Positions 20,546 through 31,664 are shown, counted from the first letter of the stretch. The stretch: DNA of 64,000 bases from Paramoeba atlantica (GCA_977017575.1 CDRNVI010000039.1:62001-126000), one strand, 5' to 3'. The notes: generated by a model not told the origin, from the sequence alone. Numbers and translations: made by a program.

Positions 20546-22379
20546 TACTTGTATGTACCGTTGCCAAGTGTGGACGCTCAGGACAACTTATCAACGAGAG
20601 CACCACCACCTGATGTCCAAGCAGGAACCGCAAACCCCACCATCCTCGGGTCATGTGAGAAGGAAGAGGAAGAAAGAGGAAGAAATCAATCTTGATCTTT
20701 CAAGATTAGATTCACAAGAAGAATCAGAGATCCTCTTTCTTCCTCTTTCTTCCTCTTTCAAGACTAGATTCTTTCAGAATCTTGATCTCCTCATCATGTG
20801 CCACCCTCTGGCGCGACTCCTAGAAATGCAACACTTCACTCACTGAACATCGCACGAGTAGAACCATGCCGTCACCGATGCTCCGCCAAGTTATGCTGTC
20901 TGCACAACTGCTGCAAAATATATGGACCACTCAGGTGCAATGAACCCCTCGTCCGACCTTCTCCTCTCCCCCCTGTTTCGCACACTACGGAAGGTCGAGT
21001 TCCATCGTGGGATGAAACAAACGAAAAGGAACGCCTTCGTCTGCTTGAACAACACAAATCCATAGCAGGAGGGAAAATGTGTCTAAAGCTTAACGACGAC
21101 CAATGGAAAGCCGTCGAAAATAAGGCATACGATGCATGCCGAAGAATACTACATCCCATAGTAGACACCCCGGAAATCGCCGTCAAAAACGCAGAACTCT
21201 TGGGGGTCCTCTATGGCGGTGGCGGTCTATGAAATTGCACATGAAATAAATCCCACCAAAGGTTTCCTCACACGATCGAATCGCGGACACGCCCGATTTA
21301 AGCACCGACCTCTTTCCTCTGAAAATGCAGCTCATCAAATGGCAAAACACATACGCAGCCAAAAGAAATCACTACGCTACACGCACGGAACGGACCGCCA
21401 AGAGCTCCGTCGCTGCATTAAGGAAAGCGAGAAACTAGAGAAAGTATACTCAGAAGAGGCCAAAGCTCATAAAACACAGCTAGAGAGGCATTGGGCCCAT
21501 AGTCATAGTCTAACTAGTATTTTAGTACGTACTAAAATACTAGTAATCGACTAGTACGTACTATGAGATACTACTTTTTTGGAATGGAAGGATTTTTTTT
21601 CTCAGGTATTGCGGCACTCCTATAAAAAATCGTTACTTTTGATCGAAACAGACGAGACAACCTATTTTGCATGGGCATAGTACAGTATAGAGAACTTTTG
21701 CGAGTATTTTCACGGTCGACGTGGAGCTCTGCTTTTAGAGAGGGATGGGGATAACTTAAAGAGGGATGATAACTGCTGCTCGAGAATTGCTGATGGGGGA
21801 TTATAACTGCTGATGATGAGGAACCATCGCAAGGTTGCGGGTGTTAAGAATAAGAAGCTGAGATACACAAGGGGTCATAAGAGGCACCACGAAAATAGTA
21901 TTTCATAGAGGCGAAAAGAAAATTTTTGTAATACCAATAATAAAACTATGTGAAAAGTTTTACAAAAAAAATAGAAAGGGGGAATGACGTGTGAATCGTG
22001 CCAGTACCTCATTGGTATGCGCGTATATATTACTTCCTCGTATATTCTACGTATATTGCTTTGATATACGTTGATGTATATGACGAACAAACGAATCAGG
22101 AAAACCATTGTTACCCGGATGGTGGTAAGATACGCCACCTAAAAGAAAAAATCGCCCAGCGGAGTAAACTACATTTCGGAGTAAACTACAATTACAAAAC
22201 TACAATACAAAAAGAAACTACATTTCTACCAAATTGTATCAGGAACATCATTTTTAAGCTCACAATTTGATTAATTAAAAATAATTCGAACTGATATTAA
22301 AAAACTTAATAAATTTGCTCTGATATTAATTCAATTTGAGCCATACTTCTGCGCCACATTAATTATTTGTTTTATGATT

Positions 22380-24170
22380 TGTCACTCTTCTTTCGAGAAC
22401 TGCTCGCCCGGTAAGGTAAAGATCCTTCGTTTCCACGTAAAAACATTTGGGCCGCCACCACGTCTGTCCGGATACGAGCTTGACGGGAAGTGTACTTCCA
22501 GGAAAGCACAGAAAGAACTGAGTCGCACGCCGTTACGAGAGGGGGAGCCATAAATAATGCTGTGCCGCTTCATGAATCGTGGAGAAACGCTTGGACCCAA
22601 CTTCGTGCCACCACTGAACATCGCTCATACCACAAGTCCACTCGTAATCTTGGCAAGTCGTATATGCGTCCCAATCCTCTCGAGTAAAATCAAAAATGTA
22701 GGTGTTCCCGTTCCTAGTAAGTCGTTGGCCCGCTGAATTGATAATGGCTCTTTGCCACGAGGTCGGGCGGATAAAACTATCCACTCCGGAGAAAACCACA
22801 TAATACCGGCCCAAATTTTTACATCGTATTCAGAAGCCACTCGTTTGACATGTTTGTTCACGGATTCCACTACTTTCGGCTCCGAAGAGTCTACTAGCTG
22901 ACGCAAGGTTGGGTACACTAGGGCAGCCATAGGCTGATCATGCATGTCGGAAAATTTTTCCTGTGCGATGCGTAATGGCATGCACTCGTTTAGGAAATCT
23001 TTTGCTGCCTTCATTAGATCATTCAAAGGATGTTTGGCAAATATTTCAGCGAGGTCGTGAACAGATTGGGGAGCTCGGAGACCTTCTAGTTCACTCTTAA
23101 TAAAGGATGCGACAGTGGGCATCTGCTTTGATAGGAACTTTATACTCTCAAACTTGTCGGAGATCCAGCGTGTGACCCCACCGTGTTTGGGAGACGTCAC
23201 AGCCCGTACTTTGTGGAAGTGAGCAATAGATTGTTTGAGCAATGTTTTCCCGGTCCGTGCTTCCTATAGGACGAATGCGTGAATATATTTCTTCTTCTGC
23301 AGAAACAAGGGAGTCGTGGATATTTGCCATGCTAGACTCTATTTCACGTCTTGCGACGTTGTTTACGGGAGCCCCATCCGCCATTATATATCGAAGTTTG
23401 CAAAGACGAGCATCCGATAGGCAAGAGCGAAGAACTTCCATCGAGGATTGCGCCATTTCAACTCCATTGAATGACTTGTGTTTCGGATGGTAAATCGGAG
23501 GGAGAAGGAAGTTCCGGTCCACGACGTACAAGATTGCGATAAGTACGTGTTCATTTAAAACTTTGTCAACCCCCCCCGTCTACCGCCAACCCAAAGAATT
23601 TCGCTCCGTCAATGCTGCGCCGAATATCATCCCAAATCATATCGGCAATCCGACGCTCGCTAAGGTGAAACTCGCGAGGAGAAGGAAGAATGCAAGCAAC
23701 TTCTGAAGGTGAGACATCAGCAGGGAACTCCTCAAACAGGAGTCGAACACAACCCAGGAACCCCTCGGTAGATAGATTACTTTGTGCGGCAAAACATGGA
23801 AGGGCTTCGGAGATATACTCTTCTAAAGACTTTGGGTTCGTTGTCTCCGCAGAGTCTTCACTCAAGTCTTAAGATTTCGAGCAGCACTCCTTGTAGTGCT
23901 TGTAACACACATTTTCTCCCTTGCTGTGGGACAACCAGCCTCAAAGATTACATCGAATGTGCTGTGTGTGTCCCATCGCATCGTTTCGGATGCCGGGGAC
24001 GCTTTTGCGTGCCCAATCAAGGCACAACCGTTCCGAACTTAGGTTACACCTCTCGTACACCAAATGTCGTTGGCGACGAAGGCTCGCACAGGACTATGAT
24101 TTTTAGCAGAGGCCCGTCGGCGCGTGTTTTCCGGAACGGGTGTGGAAACGTGTTCCGCTGTGTTATCTCT
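22380..24170 (-). pseudogene. hAT-like transposase pseudogene
   Basis: Broken across ORFs 23566-23865, 23148-23531, 22625-23242 and 22533-22814. Confidence 0.75.
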
Positions 24171-24345
24171 CATATGAAGGGAAAGTCGTGTTTAATAAAA
24201 TGCAATATTCTAAGTAGACAAGAATGATATGATTTGTATACCACTGTAACCCAAAGATTAAATTAAATCAGCGTATTATACAAAGCAAAAAGATTGGGGC
24301 AACTACGGCGAAACTTATTTTCCAAGAATATGCACTCACCAAAGT

Positions 24346-25174
24346 TGTGGATTTTCAATGTCAGTGCAACAATTTGTCATACTCAGTGCAACAAATTAAT
24401 AATAATTGTCATACTCAGCGCAACAAAAGGTTAATTTCTACATAATACACTTCATATACTAATTTCTACATAATTCAGTTCATTCATGCCAAAGTACAGA
24501 AGATTATCTGAAAACAATCGCAAAGATATTCAAACGATGTTTGAAAGTGGCGCCACGAAGAGGGAAATTGCCCGATCGATTGATAAGTCCCCAAGTACGG
24601 TATGTCGTGAGCTGGCACGCAACAGGAAAAGAGGTGGGCAATGGGAAAAGGGGGCCGTTGAAAACATGAATGGTCTGGTCCGTCAGTATCACACCAAGTC
24701 AGATACTTTTGAGGAGTTGACACAGCGCGAAGTTAGTAAGACGGCCAACAAACTGAACAAACGGCCACGAAAGTGCTTGAAATGATTCTCCCCAAAGAGC
24801 TTGGAAGGCCAAATTTTACTATAAAGAGACGGTACTATACATGAAAGCAGTAAGTTGTATAGCCGTAAGTTGTAAAGCAGGAAAGGTAAAAAGTTTATCT
24901 CTTTACTAAAGAAACGCGTTATGTTGTTCCGTCAATATCGATTATCCAGGTACTCCTTTTTTCTTCTCCTTACATAATTTTTTTTCTTAATCCATTGTTT
25001 CTTTCTTAACATGGCTCATACAATCCCGCGTCCGTTTGTGGTGCTGTCCGACCGAAAAAACAGTGTTGCACTGAGTATGCGAAAATCCTGACATCCGGAA
25101 CACACCCATATTTTTCTCATTTTTGTTGCACTGAGTATGACAAAAAGGTGTTGCACTGAGTATGACAATCCACA
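24346..25174 (+). mobile_element. Internally deleted IS30-family-like element, 829 bp, 26-bp IRs, 3-bp TSD AGT
   Basis: IRL TGTGGATTTTCAATGTCAGTGCAACA (24346-24371); IRR reverse complement TGTGGATTGTCATACTCAGTGCAACA (25149-25174); AGT at 24343-45 and 25175-77. Confidence 0.88.
24486..24785 (+). pseudogene. IS30 transposase remnant: N-terminal HTH fused to the C-terminal segment, DDE core deleted
   Basis: YRRLSENNRKDIQ...REIARSIDKSPSTVCRELARN joined to WEKGAVENMNGLVRQY...LNKRPRKCL, both hallmark IS30 motifs. Confidence 0.9.
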
Positions 25175-25235
25175 AGTAGTATCTCATAGTACGTACTATA
25201 GTACGTACTGAAATACTAGACAGACTACGCATAGT

Positions 25236-27677
25236 AGATTCACAAGGAATCCGTGGACAGCAGCATCCGAGTCGTTAGACCGTACATCTACTTCCGTCAT
25301 CTCCGAGTATCCTGAATGCGATTTACCTACAGTAGAAGAATATTTTACAGCAGTCACAGCACCTCATGCCGAAGAGCACCGCCTGCCTCCGAATGACGTA
25401 CTTGGTCCCATACCCATCAACGAAATGACATGGTCTCCACAAACCGCGCAAGAGGTTGCAGACGCACTAAGCAGCAAAAGAAACGCAAGTTCGCCAGAAC
25501 GTGACACAATTACAAACGCGCTGCTAAAACGATGTAAATATCTATACCCACGTATAGCGGTCACTTTTAATGATCTTCTGCGCCACGGTATCTGCCCGCC
25601 ATGTTGGTCCTCCGCCATAGTTAAACTCATTCACAAAGGAGGCGACAAGCACACCCCGAAAAATTGGAGACCTATCTCCCGGCAAATTATTCAATAGCAT
25701 AATCGGACACCAAATTCTGGCACATGCCGTGTCCTCTGGATTCCTAGATACCACCGTGCAAAAAGGCTTTCTTCCGAAGATGAGTAGTACACTGGAACAC
25801 ACGCAAGTTCTATCCGAAATACTGCAATACTACCGCCAAGACAAAAGGCAATACTGTCTTACGCAGTTTGATCTCAGCAATGCATTCGGTTCGGTCCCCC
25901 ACAACATCATCTTCGAGGCACTACGATGGGCAAAAATTTCACCACAAATTGTATCCTATGTTGAAAGCATGTACTCACACGCAGAAATGCGTATAAAGTG
26001 TGCCGAAGGATTGTCACGCGCAATACCGATACATAGAGGCGTACTACAAGGAGATACCCTCTCCCCCATAAGTTTTAACCTAGTGATGGAAACTGTATTA
26101 CGATACCTCAAGCAATCGTGCCCTCGGTATGGCCTTGACTATCCAGACACTCCAAGACATTTCCTGAAAGCCTATGTTGACGATCTGACGATACTGACTA
26201 GCAGCGACAGCGATATGCAGAGCGCGACGAATACACTTGAAACTGCACTGAAACGAATAGGACTCTCAATAAACGTAGACAAGAGCCGTACACAATGCAT
26301 GTCCATGCGCGAAGGTAGCGAGCACCCAGGGTACATGACCAGGAAACCGAGAATCATCATCGAAGGCAGAGCTATACCACATATATGTGACCGCGGAAGT
26401 ACTTTTTTGGGAATGACCATAGCGCCAGGAGGACAACAAGCGAAGGAACATGGATGTCAGACTAAAAACATGGCTTTGGAATGTCGACGAAAGTCCACAT
26501 AGCCTCCCCGAAAAACTTTGGATCTAGAATCATATCTCGTCTGCGCTATATTCTTACTGTTCATCCATGTGTCACATTCAACTTTGTGTTGCGACTGCAG
26601 AAACGAGTTACGCGTCACCTTAAGAAATGGATCAACGCAGCATCCAAAACCTGCACTGAAATTCTATATACTGAACGAGGGTGGAACCTTAAAAGTTTAT
26701 CCAAGCTGTGGTCCGAATGCTCTATCCTAGCCCTAACACAGATGCACAAGTCACGGGACCTATCAATAAAGGCTGCACTACCCCGAATCAAACAAGAAGA
26801 AGAAAAGCGATCATCTGGTCATATTCGCCCAAGCGCTGAAGCCCTTCAACACCTTCATAATGCGCGAAAAGCGCAACAGTTAGCACGTGAACATCACGAC
26901 TCATATGACATTAGTCACCTGCAGAGAAGGGCACCAACAGCTGCAAAATGGTGGAACCTCCCCTCGGAAGCCGATCTGGCTAAAGAGTTCTCCGCAGCCC
27001 TAAACGATCTCAATAGTGAAAAACTCTCTCGCTTCGCGGCATCAGTTCTAACACTAACACCACTGCCATCTAGAACGAATCTTCGGCTCTGGGGCCTACG
27101 ACGTGCCAATGTATTGTGCCCTATATGCCAGACCGAGCCTCAAACCACAAGGCACGTGCTCTCGGGGTGCAAGGAGTCTCTCCGACAAGGAAGATACACC
27201 ATCCGTCACGACATGCTGCTTGAAGAGCTGGGGAAACATCTACTGCGGTCGCCGCATACCAAAACAATACACCTTGATATCCCGGGTTTTAGGAATGCCC
27301 CGGCCTGGCTCGGCACCCGTGACGACCTACTACGCCCCGATGGGTTGATTACACTGAAGGATGGAAGTGAGTTCATTATTGAACTCACTGTGCCCTGGGA
27401 AGAGAACCAGTCTCAGGCGCACGAGGGCAAATCCCGAAAATATAATGCCCTATTTCATGAACGACGCACACTCAACCCTAGGACAAACCTTCTTGTTTTC
27501 GAAGTGGGAGCTCGCGGCTCGCTACTTACCTCCTGCCGGACCCTTAATCTCCTCTTTGACGAGGACACAAAGCTTGCAGAAAATTGTCGGCGAAGTCTGA
27601 TGCAGACCGCCCTTCGAGGCAGTTTCATCATCTGGCAGAATCGAGAATCTGCCATGTGGACAGAAGAGCGTATTTAG
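25236..27677 (+). pseudogene. Reverse transcriptase, CCHC knuckle and restriction-like endonuclease (frameshifted)
   Basis: NWRPIS, QKGF, FDLSNAFGSVPH, GVLQGDTLSPISF, YVDDL, FLG; CPICQTEPQTTRHVLSGC...RYTIRHD; RPDG...IIELTVPWE...KSRKY. Confidence 0.93.
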
Positions 27678-27765
27678 CGTTTGTAAAAGATGAGTCTGGG
27701 GAGCGTCATATGCGCCCCCGGACTTATCTACATATTCTCTGCCTTATGAAGGCATGATAAAATAT

Positions 27766-28018
27766 AGTCACTCTCAGACGTCAAGCCGTCTCCGTATGGT
27801 GAATGCGGAATAAACGGATGAGTCTCCCGTGCCACACAAGGTGGTGCATGTTCTCGCAACAATGCGAGGTCGTCAGTCCCGGGTAATGAGGTGGGTGGAT
27901 CCAATGCAAGTACCGACTGTCATCAAAACGATGTCAGTCACTCTCAGACGTCATGCCGTCTCCGTATGGTGAATGCGGAATAAACGGATGAGTCTCCCGT
28001 GCCACACAAGGTGGTGCA
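27766..28018. repeat. 170-bp structured tandem repeat, right part (about 1.5 units)
   Basis: Same unit as 18621-19042, resuming 2 nt after the point where the left array stops. Confidence 0.95.
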
Positions 28019-28699
28019 TCAAAAGTTTGCACTGTTTTTGATAAGATTGACAACTATTGTATATGCCAGGCCTATTGATTCTCGGAAGAATTTCAGCCTT
28101 CCAGAGGTGGTGTATATTCCCACCGTATTATCAATAGGAAACCCTCCTGCTGCCATTTTTTTCCTGGGGGCCATGTCCTTGCTCCAAAAAATTTTCAAAC
28201 AATTCACATTCCCCTTTCTCTGTGAGAGCACAAGAGATGCGTGTTCTACGCGCTTTTTAACATTGCCCCCCAAAAATTTCTTGCATCGTGAATGATGTCG
28301 AAGAGCATAATCCATTGAACACCAATTTGAATTTTAGAAGACGTTGTGGCGGCCACTTTACAGGCCAAATGCCCCTGGACAAAAAAAATGCCTATGGACA
28401 GATAAAATGCCAATGGACAGATATAATGCCACTAATAAAAAAGGTCGGCGTCAGTACCATCTGAAAGATAGCAATGCCGGGGAAGACCACGAAGAGGTCC
28501 CAACCATGCTCCCCCATAGGGCTGTCGGAAATTTACATTATAATTAGATAAAATCTTTCATAGGGCTACATTTACATAAATAGGCCCCATTGTGAGCGTA
28601 GCCCACTTCTGGAGGCAAAAGGCCCACTTCTGGAGGCCCCGTTTGCGAGAAAGGCCCAATTGTGAGCGTAGCCCTGGGACAGAATTATATTTTTTGGCC

Positions 28700-29265
28700 A
28701 GCGGGTCCAAAATTGAAAAAAATGGGGGGTCCAGGAGGGGGGTCCATGGGTGGAGGGGAAATCTTGATTTTCGAAATCAAGCGCAGGGAAGTGGTAGAGT
28801 AGGCCGCGGCGATGACTTTCCACCCCCCCACCTGGGGGTACCCCCCCCCTGGTACGCGCGGGAGGGGTCCGACAAGGTCAAAAAATCCGAAATATTTGGG
28901 ATGACCAAAATGGGATTTTGACCCAAAAAAAGTAAAAATATTGATTTTCCAAAATTGACTCCTAAACCGTATTTCGCGAGTTTGGGACCTCAGCTACCAT
29001 TCTACGACGTTTTTGTGGACAGATTTGACTACTGCCCCTACTGGTGAGGCATCCAAAAGGTCCCAAATTCGGTGTAAAATTTCGCAATTTTTGCCGAAAA
29101 ATTTAGCTTTTTCCCACCAAAAAATAGAGTATTCATGATCCTTTGGAGATTTTTCTTTTTTAGGCTCTTCGTTAAACGCGGAGGTAGTTTTCAACGCGAA
29201 GCGCGCAGCATGAGTGACTTCTAAGTTGAAAACGACCACCCCGTTTAACGAAGAGCCTAAAAAAG
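28700..29265. repeat. Dispersed repeat family A, diverged copy
   Basis: Shares gggggtcc tracts and the ttaggctcttcgttaaacgcgg...gtttaacgaagagcctaa palindrome with later copies. Confidence 0.8.
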
Positions 29266-29343
29266 TTAATACGGCACATTTATATTGCATATTGCACAAA
29301 ATACCTTCCAACAAACGAAGTAACCGAAAAATGCATTTAGTCA

Positions 29344-29530
29344 GGGACGCAAATGGGTTTCACGTTTGCTCCCGGTGAGGCCCCGGAGTTGCGAGAGGCC
29401 TCCATACCCCACAACTACCACCTTCCCCCCTATTTAGCGGGGGTCGCGTGAGCGACCCCTGATAAATGGGGGGAAAGTGGTAGTTGCTTTGGGGAATATG
29501 AGAGGCCGAACGCACGGAGAGGCCGGCCGG
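29344..29530 (+). ncRNA. Candidate structured RNA (hairpin with 7-nt loop-loop pairing plus a 110-nt rod capped by GUGA)
   Basis: Stems gcaaatg/cgtttgc, ggcctc/gaggcc, caactaccac/gtggtagttg, ggggtcgc/gcgacccc; loop ggtttca can pair with tgaggcc. No family recognised. Confidence 0.35.
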
Positions 29531-30132
29531 TCCAAAAAACCCAGATCTTGTTTACTCGTCTGCGACATAAACCGGTGAATGCTGCAAAAAAAATTAAGTT
29601 GAGGTGTATATTATGTAATATAAGGTGTATATCATATAATATAGTTACTATAAACTTTTAAAAACTATAAGAAACTATATTTTTTTGTTTAACTTTTTAA
29701 GCTCTCTTGAGCTCACCAACACGCCATAAATACACAGAAAATTCATTTGTGTGCGATTTTTCTTGTTTTCAAACCCGAAAATTAATGCCCGAAATATAAG
29801 TTACGTGGGGTAATTTCTGCAAAGATTATTTTATTGAAGTGTAGCGCACGGAGGGAAGTAAGCAAACGGTTGAATGTAACTTTCGTCAGAAGGGGACGTG
29901 CCCCAGTCCCATGTGGCCTTGACAAATTGCCTTATGCGAATCTTGCGTCTCGAACATTTCACTGCATCGCTGTCGCCGTGCAGTGGCTGAAGCCGCCGAC
30001 CATATGTCTTAGGACTGAACAATTGCTGTTCACAATTTTATGAGTTTGAATAAATTTTAAGAGTTTGAATAAATTACTATAAATAAATTACTATAAAAAA
30101 TAAATAACCTACTTTTACGTTGATTTTTTCAA

Positions 30133-30744
30133 TTGTTTCGTATGTTTGGCCTGCCCTGGAGCGTCTGCGTCAATATTTTTCCCTCTGACACAGGCTCGAG
30201 TTCTACTCGACTGGGAAAAGTACGGCACAATTTCCTCCCTTTGGAGTATAAACTGACGCAACTGGTGGAAAACATTGTCCACCAACCCCCGACATGGGGT
30301 ACCGAAACCCCAGCCTGTGAGTGGCCAGGAGTTCAATGTGACGCGCACGAAACCATCACTCGTATTTTCTGGACGTCATTGGGCTTAGCCGGGCCGTTGT
30401 GTTGGGATCACCTCCCCGACACACTGGTATACATCGACACCTGGAGCAATAAACTTTGTGGTACAGTGCCCTGGGCAAGACTCCCGGAGGGACTCGAAAC
30501 GCTGTCGCTCGTGAGTAATGAATTTATCGGGGTGGTAGACCTGTCGGCGCTTCCGTCCTCGCTCATGGTCTTAAACCTCGCGGGAAATCAATTCAATGGT
30601 AAAGTTGAATTCTCATCTCTACCATTTTCCCTTGATTTTTTGAATTTAGATGAGAATTCCGCGCTGGAGGGAGAGGCAGATGTAGCGAATTGCTTACGAC
30701 GAGTTGCATATACCTGGAAAAATACAGGTATCACAGTAATATAG
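30133..30744 (+). CDS. Leucine-rich repeat protein (member 6), stranded in the repeat domain; start codon uncertain
   Basis: LGKVRHNFLPLEYKL, PACEWPGVQC cap, LRRs. Confidence 0.85.
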   Translation: MFRMFGLPWSVCVNIFPSDTGSSSTRLGKVRHNFLPLEYKLTQLVENIVHQPPTWGTETPACEWPGVQCDAHETITRIFWTSLGLAGPLCWDHLPDTLVYIDTWSNKLCGTVPWARLPEGLETLSLVSNEFIGVVDLSALPSSLMVLNLAGNQFNGKVEFSSLPFSLDFLNLDENSALEGEADVANCLRRVAYTWKNTGITVI

Positions 30745-31664
30745 TGGAAATGGAATATACAATGTATGTGTAAGAATCTCTACGTCTTGGAATTTAGCTC
30801 CTCGTCTTTCGCAAAGTTATTCATCATAATATGACATATGGGTTGTAGGATAATGAATTTCTCCTCGTTTCTGAATAGTGTGACCTCCCGCGTCTACTTC
30901 ACGTGCCCCCTTCACGTGAGGGGCTGCGGGTATGATCTCGCGTGATCTCACATGATCTCGTTTTGAGGTCGTCCAACCACCCTCCCGAGCCAAATCCGCT
31001 CTCGAGAGATCTCGCATGATCTCACGTGATCTCGTCTTGGGCCTCGCCCGCATCCCCTCACGTGTATAATTATTATACACGTGTACAGAGTGGCTGCTTG
31101 TATGGGATCTATGTCGAAATGTTTCTGCGGTATGTTAAGTTTTCCCCTTTAACTCATCTTCCCAGCTGCGTAAAAACTACGTACGGAAGTTTAACTACAT
31201 CGTTTTCGCAAATCATGCACTGTCTAATTTGGATATTTGACGCCTATCAAATTTTATTGTCCAGTACTACTTTGGCATTATTATTTTGAGGACAGCTGAT
31301 GCATACACCAATCTAGCGCATAATGATTCCAACTGGTGCAACGGTAAATGAGAAACTATACTGTCTGGGATTTTCTTTATGAAACGATTACAGTGTTATA
31401 TTTAATTACGGTATTATTGAGGGAGATACGGAGTATCTAACTCGCTTACTAAGGTTAATTCCAAAACTTGAAAATGCCCTTCAAAGAAGCGAGAGATCGA
31501 GTTTTTTCAAAATTTTAAAACGTAGCAGTAGCTCATTAGATGAACTCTTTAATACTCGAAAAATCATCTACAACGACCTCATTTCCCAAATTGTAGAACA
31601 CTTTTGGTAAAAAAAAGTGCGTCTGCAAAGGTCTGCGATACGACAAACTGGTTGACTAAGGAGA

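Larger units (their letters stand above)
21504..25229 (-). mobile_element. hAT-like DNA transposon with frameshifted transposase; 6-bp TSD CATAGT
   Basis: Imperfect TIRs catagtctaactagtat... / ...atactagacagactacg; TSD at 21498-21503 and 25230-25235; minus-strand motifs FFGLAVDG, YIMADGAPVN, GGVTRWIS and a dimerisation-like LWLPLS-VTACDSVLS. Confidence 0.8.
19043..27765 (+). mobile_element. Degenerate RLE-type (R2/NeSL/HERO-like) non-LTR retrotransposon inserted in the 170-bp array and carrying nested DNA elements
   Basis: Array stops at ...cacgatg (19042) and resumes at agtcactc (27766). ORF remnants run from 20798-21503 into 25236 (HWAHS|RFTRNPW), then RT, CCHC and RLE. About 4.2 kb after removing inserts. 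Confidence 0.75.

Noticed and set aside
28588-28676. (a)attgtgagcg resembling a lac operator half-site, twice
   Set aside because: Only 10-11 nt match, inside a local direct repeat, with no vector context; chance.
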